Source: Felis catus
Taxonomy: Eukaryota
DNA: 64,000 nucleotides
Direction of reading: 5' to 3'
NCBI RefSeq assembly: GCF_018350175.1
Contig: NC_058369.1
Coordinates: forward strand, 162,378,001-162,442,000
The stretch's first letter is position 1, and each line of letters begins with the position of its first letter. The notes below the pieces were generated by a model. It did not search any database. It worked only from the letters and a program-made list of their open reading frames with translations, and was not told the DNA's origin. Shown in pieces: positions 1 to 13,171 of the stretch. The translations under genes and the position numbers were made by a program.

Positions 1-190
1 GCCTTGACAAACCTTGGCTGGAAGCTCTGTGCGCAGCTGGGACTCATCAAGGGGTGGGTTTCACTGCAGGGTGTCCGTTGTGAACCTGCAGGTCTCACTG
101 AGAATCCTGCAAAAGTCAATGTCCCGGAGGCCTTTGGGGCAGAAGGGGACAGGGAGGGGCAATTCTCTTTCTCCAAAGAAAACTCTTCCA

Positions 191-402
191 GGGGCACCCG
201 GGTGGCTCAGTCTGTTAAGCATCCAACTCTTGATTTTGGCTCAGGTCATGATCTCACCAATCGATCGTGAGTTCCAGCCCCGTATTCAGCTCTGTGCTTG
301 GAGCCTGTTTGGGATCCTCTCTCTCCCTTTCTCTCTGCCCCTCCACTGCATTCTCTTTCTCTCTCTCAAGATAAATAATAAATAAACACTTTTAAAAGAA
401 GA
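191..402 (+). mobile_element. Can-SINE (SINEC)
   Basis: tRNA-like head GGGGCACCCGGGTGGCTCAG, CT tract, A tail; TSD aaagaaaactcttc 175-188/403-416. Confidence 0.92.
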
Positions 403-1136
403 AAAGAAAACTCTTCTAAGTCCCCTGGTTGGGGCCAGAAGCCGAGCCTGTGTTGTTGGAGCTGAGTAGTGCACATTTCCGAACACAGACTCTTTCTTCA
501 TTATCATGACCCTTCTCCTTCTGTGTCCACTATCCCCACCCTCCCCGGGCCTGGAACCTTCCCACTTCTGTTTTTCTGTGGACTAAATCTCCATTCTCCT
601 CCTCAAGTGAGGGTAGGTGGGGGTGGCGGTGTTCTCTGGTTTCCTGGGGCAGGTGGGATGACCCGGGTTGGAATGGTCTCTGCAGACTGTGGGCCCGCCC
701 TTTCTACCCGTTTCTTACTCACCACCTTCTGCTGCTCATGGCCCCTTGTCCCGAGTCTCTGGGGGATTCTGCCATTAGATCTGCTTCTTTCTCCTTGCCA
801 CCTACTTTGCCAGCATCTGGTGTTCAGTAACTTTTCCTTGTATTATTATTATTATTATTCCATTGCCCTCATTTTAGACATGTTTTAAGGATGTATCCAG
901 TCTACTGCACTTTAACAATGTATTAAATTATATTTTTATTAGTAGTAAATATATGGATACACACACATAACAGATATAAATATATAAATGTATTCAAGTG
1001 ACCCTAGAGATGAATAGTGACAATAATCACTATTTTCCCAGAAGCACCCACGCTTAGCAGTTGTATTTGTCTTTCCAAAGGGAATTTACACACACATTCA
1101 CACACATACCAAAGCATGTAGGTAGATATTAATGGA

Positions 1137-1372
1137 TTTTATTTTATTTATTTATTAAAGAAATTTGTTTTTAGTATTTATTTTTGAGAGACAGAGACAG
1201 CATGAGTGGGAGAGGGCAGAGAGAGAGCGAGAGGGAGACCCAGAATATGAAGCAGGCTCCAGGCTCTAAGCTGTCAGCCCAGAGCCCGACGTGGGGCTTG
1301 AACTCACAGACCGCAAGATCATGACCTGAGCCGAAGTCAGACGCTCAACTGACTGAGCCACCCAGGCGCCCC
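1137..1372 (-). mobile_element. Can-SINE (felid SINEC_Fc type)
   Basis: Reverse-complement head ...gagccacccaggcgcccc, GA tract, T tail. Confidence 0.9.
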
Positions 1373-1977
1373 TATTTTAAATCAAGAAAGCAATTTCTTT
1401 GCCTACCCCTGAGAATATTCATTTTTTAAATAAAGGGCAGTGGTTAACCCAAAGGCCTGACCCGCTTCTAGTCATATTTAAGGTTCCTCTGCAGGTGGCA
1501 GACGTTTTTAAGGGGCCTTTCAAGTGCCCCTTGAAAATAACTCATGTAGTAAGACACCTGCCCGTAGGCCAGCCATGGTGGCTCTGGGGGCACTTGAGCC
1601 AGCATAGTGCCCGTGACAGTCTAACTCTTCTCGCGTGGCTTTACCATCCCTGCCCTCTCTCCTCCTGTTGTATCCTGTTTCCTCCGACACCCACCTTTCC
1701 TCTAGATGCAATCAGCTGACTCTTGTCTCCAGTGGCTGGTCTGCGGAGCTAAGGACGTTATGTATCCTGGCTAAGGGATGCACGTTAGCATCTGGACCTG
1801 TCTCTCGGGCTTTAGGCATGAATTGGCCTGCCACGTGCGTATGTTTTCATCGTGGCCCTGGCTGAATAGACTTTCTTAAGAGATAGACCCAGAGCCACCC
1901 CTGAGTATTTCCGTTTCCGTGACTAGCTTCGGGCGGGCTACTTGACTTGGTGGTCCACAGCAGGGACCTCAGTGTGA

Positions 1978-2109
<132 letters not shown>

Positions 2110-2550
2110 TGACCTACTGAGCTCTGAAGGGCACATCCTGGGGCCCACGTGGCCACGGCGGGTCACACGGTGTTCACTCAGCCATTCCTGTCCTGCTCCT
2201 GTTGTGCAACAGGCCTTGTTTTAGGCCCTGGTGGACAAAGATGAGTAAGAAACTTAACTGTGCCGTCCAAGTGTCAGACAGCCTGGGAAACGGGGTGCAT
2301 ACGGGAAAAACGAGGCCCTTTCATGAGCAGAATGCTAATGGGGTCTGTGTTAGAGCTGGTGGGGGCGATGTGTGGGAGACACTGGTTATAAGGAACTCTG
2401 TGACTGCAGGCCTGCAAGCCGCCCTTCTTCCCTCCCCCTCCAGTTTTTAGTGACAGCACCCTGGCCTGTGAGAGTTCACTGTTTTGTGTATCTCAGTCAG
2501 GGGCTTATTGGCTAGTAGCTACTGTGAATACTTCAGTACCTCCCTTCTTT

Positions 2551-2993
2551 CTTTCTTTTATAAGATTTTTTAAATCTTTATTTTTTATTTTTAAAAAAAA
2601 ATTTTAAAATGTTTTTATTTATTTTTTTGAAGGAGAGAGAGAGAGACAGAGCATGAGTGGGGGAAGAGCAGAGAGAGAGGGAGACACAGAATCCGAAGCA
2701 GGCTCCAGGCTCCGAGCTGTCGGCACAGAGCCTGATGCGGGGCTCAAACTCACGAACCATGAGATCATGACCCGAGCTGAAGTCAGACACTCAACCGACT
2801 GAGCCACCCAGGCGCCCCTTAAATGTTTATTTTTGAGAGGCGGGGGGAAGGGCAGAGAGAGAGGGGGACGTAGGATCCGAAGTGGGCTCTGCACTGACAG
2901 TAGACAGCCCGATGCAGAGCTTGAACTCACACACTGTGAGATCACGACCTGAGCTGGAGTTGGACCTAACCGACTGAGCCGCCCAGGCGCCCC
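2551..2993 (-). mobile_element. Two Can-SINEs, one inserted in the tail of the other
   Basis: Heads end at 2818 and 2993; outer TSD-like gtacct(c/t)ccttctttct. Confidence 0.88.
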
Positions 2994-3413
2994 TGTACCT
3001 TCCTTCTTTCTAAGGCTCGTAAGACGACTTATGGATACTTAACCTCATTTCTTTGTGGTGCCCGAAAGAGGATTGAAGTCACTTGTTTATCCAATAGCAT
3101 CTATGGCCAAGGTGGCTCATTAAGCTTGCTAGCAGCTGATGTCACACGGTCCCAGGGTAGCTGTGTGGATGGAGAGAGGGAGGCTGGCTAAAGGTCCCAC
3201 AAGGGTCAGTGGACCTCTCTTCGACCGCAAGCTGACTTACACAGATAACAATGGGGAACGGTTTAAAGAGAAGTCACTGATGATTTCTAGAAAGGTAGAT
3301 CACATTCAGCTCTGCTTTGTATAAGGGATACTCATTAAATTGGATATCCTAGTTGATAGGAGGCTACAGAGTTCTGGGCAGCAACACTAAGCACATTTGT
3401 ATTTGCTCCAAAG

Positions 3414-5528
3414 GGAAGAAGAAAATGGTGGCCGGAAGAGAGGCAGATGCACAGACCTTGGCTGTAGAATCCACAGTGCTTCCGGCCCCTTCAGTGGAGA
3501 CCCGTAGTTCCCACGGTAATCCCAGCCTTTGTGAAGTTGAAGTAGATGGACCCAGGAAAATCAAGAGGACTTACAGACCCCGTTCAATCCAGAGGTCATG
3601 GTTTGGGCAGTTCCCGTGGTTAGTAATCGACCCCAAAGAGACCAAGCTCTTCTGTTCAGCTTGCAAAGAAAGACCTAGTCTCCACGACAAATCATCCCGG
3701 TTAGTCCGCGGTTACACGGGGCCTTTTAAAGTGGAGACTTTGAAATACCACGAGGTCAGCAAAGCACACAAGCTCTGTGTCAACACCGTGGAAGTCAAGG
3801 AAGACACCCCTCAGGCTGCCCCGGTCCCAGAGATCTCCAGTGACCTGATGGCGAACATGGAGCACTTTTTCAACGCCGCCTACTCCATCGCGTATCACTC
3901 GAGGCCCCTGAATGACTTTGAGAAGATCCTGCAACTCCTCCAAAGCACCGGGACCATGATCTTGGGCAAGTACCGCAATCGCACCGCGTGCACGCAGTTC
4001 ATCAAATACATCTCTGAGACTCTCAAGAAGGAGATCCTCGAGGATGTCCGGAGCTCCCCTTGTGTGAGCGTGTTGTTGGACAGCTCCACGGACGCCTCCG
4101 ACCAGTCCTGCGTGGGGATTTATATCCGCTACTTTAAGGGCATGGAGGTGAAAGAGTCGTACATTACTTTGGCCCCTCTCTACAGTGAGACGGTGGATGG
4201 ATACTTTGAGACCATCATCTCTGCCCTGGATGAACTGGACATCCCCTTCCGGAAGCCCGGTTGGGTGGTCGGCCTGGGAACCGATGGCTCGACCATGCTG
4301 AGCTGCAGAGGAGGCCTCGTGGAAAAGTTCCAGGAGGTCATCCCCCAGCTGCTGCCTGTCCACTGCGTCGCCCACCGGCTGCACCTGGCTGTGGTCGACG
4401 CTTGTGGGGGCATCGATCTGGTGAAGAAGTGTGACCGGCACATTCGGACCGTCTTCAAGTTTTATCAGTCCTCGAATAAAAGGCTGAACGAGCTGCAGGA
4501 AGGCGCGGCTCCCCTAGAGCAGGAAATCATCCGCCTGAAGGACCTGAACGCCGTCAGGTGGGTGGCCAGCAAGAGGCGCACGTTGAACGCGCTCATCGTG
4601 AGCTGGCCGGCCCTGGCGAGGCACCTCCAGGGCGTGGCGGAAGCCGGGGGCCAGATCGGGCACAGGGCCAGAGGCATGCTGAAGCTGATGAAAAGCTTCC
4701 ATTTCGTCAAGTTCTGCCACTTCCTTTTGGACTTCCTGAGCATCTACAGGCCTCTGTCCGAGGTGTGCCAGAAGGAGATCGTGCTGATTACGGAGGTGAA
4801 CTCCACACTGGGACGGGCCTACGTGGCCCTGGAGACCCTCCGTCACCAGGCAGGGCCCAAAGAGGAAGAGTTCAACGCCAGCTTCCGGGACGGGCGGCTC
4901 CATGGCATCTTCTTGGACAGAATGCAGATGGCAGAGCAGCGGTTCCAGGCGGACAGGGAGAGAATGATCCTGACCGGGATCGAGTACCTCCAGCAAAGGT
5001 TTGACACAGACCGGCCCCCGCAGCTCAAGAACATGGAGGTGTTTGACACCATGGCCTGGCCAAGTGGGATTGAACTTGCCACTTTTGGGAACGATGACAT
5101 TCTTGCCCTTGCCAGATACTTTGAGCTCTCCCTCCCCGCAGGGTACAGTGAGGAAGCACTCCTGGAGGAGTGGCTGGGCCTGAAAGCCATCGCCAAGAAC
5201 CTCCCGTTCTCCATGCTGTGTAAGAACGCCCTGGCCCAGCACTACCGGTTCCCCTTGCTGAGCAGGCTGGTGGCGGTGGTGGCCTGCGTGCCCGTCTCCA
5301 CCTCCTGCTGTGAGCGGGGCTTCAGTGCCATGAACCGGATCAGGACCGACGAGAGGACCAAGCTCTCCAACGAGGTGATCAACATGCTCATGATGACGGC
5401 AGTGAACGGTGTGGCAGTCACGGAGTACGACCCCCAGCCCGCCATCCAGCACTGGTACCTGACCTCCTCAGGCCGGCGTTTCAGCCACGTCTACACTTGT
5501 GCCCAAGCGCCACCTCGCTCCCATGTGG
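3414..5528 (+). CDS. ZNF862: ZNF862 large exon: TTF-type zinc finger + hAT transposase core + hATC dimerisation domain
   Basis: Within ORF 3353..5542; acceptor ccaaag|GG, donor GTGG|gtaagt; motifs [42 protein letters not shown]; recognised as ZNF862. Confidence 0.95.
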
Positions 5529-6661
5529 GTAAGTCCGTGTGACAGAGTTCCTAGACGTGGGAAAACGAAGGGAGAGAATCTTATCTTCCCAATCCCATGC
5601 TGACCTTGGACACGGAGGTGTTTGACACTGTGTCAGCTGTCACAATAGGCGTGGTCTCAGTGGGTGCGCGAGACACGACATCTACCCTCACACAGCTTAT
5701 GATCCGGCTAGGGAGGCAGGGCATACTCGCTGCGGGCAGCAGGGAGTAGTGCTGAGAGCACGAATTTTCGGAGCCAGTCTGCCCGCTGGTTCCGCTAACT
5801 AGTGTGTGACGTCGGGCAGGTTAATCGCATTGTGCTTTGGTTTTTTTTCTGTAAAGTGAATTAATACGTGTCGAGTGCACAACGTCTGGCCCCTAATGCC
5901 AGCGGCACCCTCTGAAGGTTAAGACCAGGACTGGAAGTAACCAGAGGACTGGACAAGCTGGGGTGGTGAGCTCACGTTCTCCGGGGTGCTGTGTCGGCTC
6001 TTTCGGGAGGGAAGAAGTCAGGTCGGAGGGGCCAAGAAGAAGATTCTAGGTGGAGGAGCGAGCTGGGGCATCCTGGGCAGGGAGGCGTCTGTGAGGGGCA
6101 CAGCCCAACTAGCCTGGGGGCCGGGGTGGGGACGGACTGGAGGGACGCTTATGTTATATGGGAGGTGAGTTACTGAGTCTGAAGTGAGCAAGTCTCCTCT
6201 TTTCAAGTAGTCCCTGAAAACCAAAGAGGTCCTCCAGGCTATTCGTGTGTCACTTCTCAGTGACAGCAATGAAGTTTCTTCCTTGACATCTTGTTGTTTC
6301 TGGTCCCCTTCCATTGCTTGTGCTCCTGTGTGGTTACTGCCCGGTCTGTGGTCATCAGCTGCGGACAGGGTCCCAGGCTTGCCAGGGGCTCCCCAGGAAG
6401 CAGGGCGGCCCTGGCCCCATTGCTGGGCAAGGGGAGGGGCCTGGGGTGGAAGTGGAGAGAGGAGACGGGGAGAAAGGTAGGGAGCTGGAGAGTGAATCCT
6501 TCGCCCATGCGTTTGCTGAGTGAGTTGCTCCCCGCGTCCAGCCGTGTGGGGGTGAAGGGTGCTCTCAAGTGTGCCCTTTTGCAGGGGGCGGTGGGACTAG
6601 TACATCTGAAGCAAATACAGGGCACTACCAGATTTGATAGGATAAGGCCCTCCTTTCCAGG

Positions 6662-6885
6662 CAGGGTTCTCAACCTCAGCACTGTGGACACTGAGGGCTG
6701 GAAGGTTCCTCATTGTGAGGCCCGGCCTGTGTGTGATCGGGTCTCCAGCAGCACCCCTGAGCTGCACCCCTTACATACCCACTGGGTCCCCTTGGCACTC
6801 ACCCAGTTGTAGCGATCAGAAGTGTGTCCAGGCATTGCCACGTGTCCCCTGGAGGGCAGAATCGCCTCAGGTGAGGCCCACCACC
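6662..6885 (+). mobile_element. MER20 (hAT-Charlie non-autonomous DNA transposon)
   Basis: cagggttctcaacctcagcact...tgtccaggcattgccacgtgtcccctgg resembles the MER20 consensus. Confidence 0.8.
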
Positions 6886-7065
6886 CCAGGGTGAGAGAAC
6901 AGAGCGAGTCTAGAACAGGTCTGCCAAGAGCAGCGCAGTCATATCTCCAGGCTGTTCTGCATTCTCACCCAGCATTCCTTGGGGCACAGTGGATGTGGGA
7001 AGGGGTCGTCATCTAATCTGTTTTCGCCTCCGTGTAACTGTGGGTTCTCTTTCCCCTCGCACAAG

Positions 7066-7241
7066 GACCAGGGCTCAGGAAGGAGAAGATGGGGGCACTC
7101 TATGTGGAAGAGGCTGTGACCCAGAAACCGCCCATTCCACCCTACAAGGAGCCAGTGGAGATCCTGAAGGACTGCATCGTGGACCCTCCTGACAGACTCC
7201 TGTACCCCCCTACCAGCCAAGAGGCCCCCAAGCTGTCTTGA
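7066..7241 (+). CDS. ZNF862: ZNF862 terminal coding exon
   Basis: Pyrimidine tract + acaag| acceptor; phase 1 gives [16 protein letters not shown]...[25 protein letters not shown], matching the ZNF862 C-terminus as recalled. Confidence 0.9.
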
Positions 7242-8364
7242 CGGAGAGCTCACGTCGGAGCAGGAATCCTAGCGATTGCCTTGAGGCCCCCCTCCCGCCC
7301 CCTTGATGCTGCCTTGCCCCTGGGAATCATGGTGACAGGCTCTCTGCAGAATCAAGGCTGCCCTAGAGTCTTTGCTTGGGGGAGGGGGTGCTCTCCAAGC
7401 ACCAGGAAGCGGGCAGCGACAAGATAGTTAAGCCCACCTCCCAGAGAGGCAGGGTAATCAGGAGCACAAACCTGCTTCCCAAGGCCCCTTTCTGAGCAAC
7501 GGTGACCTCCTGGCACTTAAATATGCAGAAAGGTTCCTAGCTCAAATTCATTTTTAAGGTGCTTCAGGAAATAATCCCATCATGAAAGATTCCACCCCAT
7601 GATCTGGTAGCAAGAGGACTTCTCTGAAATGGGAGAGAGGCTGTTGGGGCTTCCAGAAGCACCCCCCACCCCAGCATCCCCCCTGGATGGTTGGGGAGCG
7701 TTCTGGGGAGGCTGCCCACAGCCTCAGTGGCATGGAGGAGGCACTGTGAATGCAGAGGATCACCAGGCTCTAGGGACCACCGGCCCGGCTCTGGGTCTCA
7801 CCCTGGCTCTACAGCAGAAGCAGGGAAGCTTCAACTTCAGATGGGACACTTGTACCAGAGAATTTCTCTACCTCCTCCAGGGGCTCCCTTAGGAGGGGCA
7901 AGCCAAACCCTCTCCACAGAGCACTCCAGAGAGGTCATCCCGGGACAATGGAGGAAAAGTCTTTCCTGGAGGGAGTCTGCTGCTTTCCCGCGGTGGCAGC
8001 ACTTATGTTTGACCTGAGCCTGGTTTCCTGAGGAGCAGACACGTCCACGCTTTCACTTGGGAGGCTTGGGCTCCAGCCCCAGCTCTGCCGCAGGCAGAGG
8101 TTCAACCGTAATGAATCCCTTCCTCTTTCCCGTGCCTCAGTTTCCCTCTCCATGACGTGGCAGCAGAGAATTCAAGTGCCTGCTGGCTCCTGGTCTGCCA
8201 CTGGGCTGATGAGTGACGGCGCCTCCAGCTCCCCAAAAGTCAGACCTCGGGCTGCACAGAGTGGACGTAGCTGCCTTCAGCCCTTGTCCTCGTCCCTTGC
8301 TACCGACGTCCTTATTGCGGGAACAGAGCTCCCTAAATGTGCCAGCAGCATGGTGGCCTAGTCC

Positions 8365-8537
8365 GCTCTTCCCAGTTCTCTGGGACCCAGCCTGGGAGTC
8401 ACTAGGGGTGCTTGTTAAATATGCTCAACTCCTTACCTGCTTGAGCGGATATCTGGGACTGGGGCTCAGCGACGGGCAGTTTGGAGCAAGGTCCTCCAGG
8501 AACTTCATGGGCTCACTCAAGCTTGAGAGCACTACCC
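8365..8537. mobile_element. MER5-type hAT-Charlie element in ZNF862 3'UTR
   Basis: gagtcactaggggtgcttgttaaa...aagcttgagagcacta pattern. Confidence 0.6.
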
Positions 8538-10292
8538 TGGAGGCCCAGAAGGGTGTCTTGCACAACTACGTTCCCACTCCCCCTCACCCCTCTCCCCTCA
8601 CTTCCTGAAGCAAAGCACTTTTCCCTCCAGGGCACTTCCTTTTGGTAGGTTCCTAGGCTGCTTATCTGCTGGGGATGATGTGGGGCCTGGGTCCCGCCTT
8701 CCTAACCTTCCTGGGTAGGAAACCAGGGGAGGTTAGAGGGCAGGTTTGACCCCTGCCTTTTGCTTGTTTTAGACAGGCAGGAAATGGTGCTGCGTCCTGG
8801 CCTTGCGCCGGGGGCCCCTGCCCTGTGCTGCATGCTAAGTCGCCTGGCCCTCAGCCAGCGCTCTGTCCTCTCCCCCGTCCTGGGAGGTGCTGAGAGCCTC
8901 TGAGATGCTGGTATGGACTGTCGCCTTCTAACCACCCCCCCCCCCCCGCCCTGCCCCGGTTCCCAGTGTTTCTGACTCTCCCTTCCCATCACCCACCTTT
9001 AGCACTTAGCCTTAGTGCCATCGTCTTCCTGTTTTCTTCAGCTGCGAGCCAGGAATTCGTTCCCACTTTCTGCCTTCTATTAGGCTGTGGAAATGCCTCT
9101 CTTCCAGCCCCAGGGTCAGGGGTCTGGGGTATACCACGGGCCTTTAGAGCTACAGCTCTGGCAGTGTTACTGTCCACACCGAGAGGGAGCCCAGGCCTCC
9201 CTCCCCCACTCACATAAGGTTCTGTGGGGAGTTCAGGACTCTGCCCCAGGCGAGGTGCTGGGGCTATAAATTGGTGGGGTGGAAGAGAGAAAGACCCCTT
9301 AAAATAGGGGTCGTTGCCCCCACCCTATCCATAGATCCCAAACGAGGTGACTTTCTGTCAAGCATCCTCCCCGGGGCTCTTCCATCCTGTAAGAATCCTC
9401 AGAGCATGTGGCTAGTCCCGCGAGCAGTGTTGTGTGTGTGAGCTCCACACACACAGTTCCCTGTGCAGCTCTAGGCACTGAGGTGGAGGCCAGGTAGGGA
9501 AGCATCCAGCCTCCACATCCATGTACTGAGGAAGCCTCCAATACCAGCTTTTGAGAAAGTTGGGCCCCTTGGAGCAGGTGATGGAAAATGTTTTTTTGTT
9601 TGTTTGTTTCTTTTTGCAGCGATTTGCACTGTCCACATTTCTTGAGAGGCACAGGCAGGCTAGCTAATGGCACAGAGGCCTACCGACGTTTTTGTGCAGG
9701 ACCCCAGGGCTGACACGTGGTGACCACCTTTGCTGGAGACTATTACCCAGCCTGACCTCTTTGGTTTTGTTTCAAGGCACTTGTTGCATTTCAAATCCAG
9801 GGCCTGGAGACACCCTTGTTGGAGAGGCTTCCTATTTTTGCCTCACAAGAAAACAAGCTGAAGAGAAGGAGCAAGCCTTTGGCCAGAGTCCTAGCCACGC
9901 CTCCACCCTCCTGCACCAGCAACAGGCGCAGATCCTGGCATCCTCCCACCCCTGATGCCCAGAGGGTCTGAAGTTCTGAGTAACCGGCATTATAACTGAT
10001 GGTTTGATTTCAGTAGCCATAGAGACCAGGTGGGAGGGAATTCGGCCCCCTGCCCTCGCCAGACACCTAAGACAGTGTAACCTACTCCAGACCTTTTGGT
10101 TCTTCCTCAAGCCTCCGTTGGGTTCCTGGGGCGCTAAGTATTTAGCAAGGCAGCGTGAAGATTGGCCGATTCCCTCATGCAGGTGCCCGTCAGCCAAGGA
10201 TACTCAGAGCGATCGGCAGCCTCTTCTGGCTTCAGAGACGTGCAAATGAGGTTTAAAAACCCCACGTTGGATTCGCAACTTTTTGCTCCCTG

Positions 10293-10298
10293 AATAAA
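10293..10298 (+). terminator. Probable ZNF862 poly(A) signal
   Basis: First AATAAA I found after the stop at 7241, followed by GT-rich sequence. Confidence 0.6.
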
Positions 10299-10299
10299 G

Positions 10300-10950
10300 C
10301 CGTTTATTTCGACCCACGCTTGCGTCCTGTGAGTGTCGCCGGTCAAAGCTCATCAAGAGCTGATCGAAGCTGGATCTGGCCCCTCGGAAAGCCCGCCCCC
10401 GCCCGAGCGACGCGCTCGCGCCTGCGCGGGGGCCACTGCGCGAGCTCCCCCTGGCGGCCCGTTCCTGCTGCGCATGCTCGGCGCCAGCGGCCGGCGGGGA
10501 CCCAGCACACCTGAGCGTCCGCAGCTCGGCCTGGCACCCCAGCCTGGGCGTCCCGCGTCCGGCCATGACGGCACACTCCTTCGCCCTCCCGGTCATCATC
10601 TTCACCACGTTCTGGGGCCTCATCGGCATCGCCGGGCCCTGGTTCGTGCCGAAAGGACCCAACCGCGGGTAAGGATGGCGTGCGGGCCCGGCCTTCCTGC
10701 GGACCCCTCCCCGGGCAGCGGCAGGCGGCGCAGCGAGCTTTGGGTCAGGGCTCGTTCGGCGCCGCCTTCCTCCGTTGTCCTCACTGGCCGCCTTCGGCTC
10801 GGAACTGGCAGGCGGTCGGGGCCAAAGAGCAGAGCCGGTGGTGCTTTAGAAAGGTGGAGGGCCGACTGACGCGGGAGGCAGTTAAGGGTTCCCCCCTCCA
10901 GCCAGTGAAGCTAGAGGCCATGGCCGGCCGCTGATGCGGTTTGTCCACCG
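10300..10950 (+). promoter_or_regulatory. ATP6V0E2 CpG island promoter
   Basis: CpG-dense; GC boxes and NRF1-like TGCGCATGC (~10469) upstream of ATG 10565. Confidence 0.8.
10565..10668 (+). CDS. ATP6V0E2: V-ATPase V0 subunit e2, coding exon 1
   Basis: gccATG; [35 protein letters not shown]; donor GG|gtaagg. Confidence 0.96.
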
Positions 10951-12042
10951 CTCACCAGCAGTGACCTTGAGCGAACGCTAGCCCTTCAGGCCTCACTTTC
11001 TTCATACATAAAATGTGGATGATGGTGGTACGTGCCTTTTAAGGCTATACTGTGAGGAATACCCGAAATAACGCGTGTAAAACAGCGCATGGCACGGATT
11101 ATGTATTGAATAATTTTTAGCAGGTTTTGTTTTCTGAGCGGCCCCTAGCAGATTTCTGTTCCTTGTGGTCAGTTTATCAGTTTCTGCATAGTATTATCCT
11201 CAGCTACGAAGGGCTCTCCCCTGAACTCGATTATAAGTTCCTTTAGGTGGAGGATTGTCTCCTTCACCACCGTGGACCCAGTGCCCAGCACAGGGCTGGC
11301 CCACGATGCTTAGTAACGTTGAAGGAATGGATCCAGTGTAATTTCTCTGGCACTGACTTCAGGTGCTTTAGACCAGGGGTCCTGGGGCCTGATTTGGATT
11401 TGGGTGGAGGCTACTTGGACATATGGGCACTGTCCCTGATCCTGAAGTCCCACAGCATCACTTTGTGAACCATTTTAGTATCTCACCTCTGCTGCAAACT
11501 TTGGTGAGTTCTAACTGAAGTCTCTCCTGCTGCATTTTAAGCTTCTGAGTCCAGAGTCCTCTTTGTATGGACACAGAGCTACCTGTTCCCTTGATAACCA
11601 CTCACTGTGCCTTAGAAATGGCTCACGGTCTCCTTGCTTCTTGCCAGCTTCTGTTTTCCATCTCCTTGCCCAACGAAGTTTGCATTGCAGAGAACATTCC
11701 ATGGTGTGTTGCTGCAAATCCAGCTCTGGCGGGGGGGTGGGGTGGGGGTGGTATCTTTTGTAAGATGGTAGAGAGTAGGTGGTGGAGAAGGGAGGTAAAG
11801 AGAAGGTCCATAATGCAACCTGGATGCAGTCATGGTGGGCTTCCCCCTGGGGTGACGCTTGAGTTTTTATCTTCCCTCTTACAATTGTCACCCTGAATAG
11901 AAGTCAGCCTCCTGTGTTCAGGTGGCATCAGGAAGGCCAACAGGAAAGGGGCTGACACCAGGAGCTCTTTCTCTGGCCCTGGCCTGGCCTTGGGAGGGTG
12001 CTGGTTCCACCCATCCTGACCTGACCACCGCTTCCATTGCAG

Positions 12043-12090
12043 AGTCATTATCACCATGCTGGTGGCCACGGCTGTCTGCTGTTACCTCTT
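12043..12090 (+). CDS. ATP6V0E2: ATP6V0E2 coding exon 2
   Basis: ttgcag|A GTC ATT...CTC TT|gtaagt; VIITMLVATAVCCYL. Confidence 0.95.
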
Positions 12091-12952
12091 GTAAGTACCA
12101 CTCCCCCAGTTGGACGTCTTCCCTCCTCTCCCTAGCCCTGCCCTCTCCTCTGTCCTGGTAGTGACAGATTCCACTTTTGAAAGGCTGAGTCTGTAAAACG
12201 TAGGGGAGCAGGCAGTTTGGGATGGCACAGAGAGCAGGGGGCTCGAAGTCCTGGACTCTGGGGTCCGGTTCCAAATGCGGCAGCCAAACAAGCTTTGTAG
12301 CGCCCATGTTTTCTCATCTGTGAACTGAGTGCTCTTTATGCCCGACCGGGCACCAGAATCACTGGGAGAGATGGGAAGACACAGCATTCAGGGCTCCACC
12401 CTTGACCCACTGACTCAGTTTTCAACATCTGCACTTAGGAGTTCATATTTCTAATACATGCTCCTGGGTGGTTGTGATGCGGCCGGTTTCAAACCATCAG
12501 ATGAGCACGAGTCTTGAAACTTGGGAAGGGGGCCCTGGGGATGTAGGAGAATAATTCCAAGGGATTCAAGAACCTGGACAGGGTGAGGGAGTCAACGTCT
12601 GGGTGCTGAATGCCCAGATGTTCTCTTCCTAAAACTGCCACTCACGATGGCCCCGCCCCCTTTACAAAAGAAGACACTCCTCCTTCCACCCACACCCCTT
12701 GTATGTCACCTTGCTCCAAGTTTAAATCATCCTGCCTGCCAAACCAGGGGATAAGACCAAGTTCTGGTTTTGAGGGAAGCCTCTCCCGTGATCAGTCAAG
12801 CCATGGGAAGCCCGTGTGGCCTCCCCTCCTCCTGGGTCTCATACGCTATCTCAGTGGGTTATGCTTGCCGTAGTTGGGGTATTCTGAATTCAGAACAATC
12901 AAAATAGGATGGGTAACAGTGATGAGATACTGATTCTTTACAAGGTAACAGA

Positions 12953-13171
12953 GGGGCCTTGTTCAGTCGGTTAAACATCCGCCTCTTGATATTGGCTCAG
13001 GTCATAATCTCATGGTCATGAGATTGAGCCCCATGTCGGGCTCCGTGCTGGGTATGGATCCTGCTTGGAATTCCTTCTCCCCCCCCCCCCCCTGCCCCTC
13101 CCCAGCTGGCACTCTCTCTTTCTCAAAAATAAATAAATAAAAACTTCAAAAAAATAAGAAACAATAATAAG
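12953..13171 (+). mobile_element. Can-SINE
   Basis: SINE body; TSD aggtaacaga 12943/13172. Confidence 0.88.

Noticed and set aside
191-260. tRNA-like sequences
   Set aside because: Heads of tRNA-derived Can-SINEs, not tRNA genes
3701-5452. Long antisense ORFs over ZNF862 (and similar ones over ZBED10, LRRC61, REPIN1)
   Set aside because: Expected shadows of GC3-rich coding sequence; no recognisable domains
3353-5542. ORF as a standalone 729-aa transposase or active transposon
   Set aside because: Bounded by canonical splice sites joining a KRAB exon and a terminal exon; no TIRs seen; the ORF ends are intronic
6662-6885. MER20/MER5 elements as TIR remnants or substrates of the local transposases
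   Set aside because: Abundant ancient genome-wide repeats; they do not bracket either ORF
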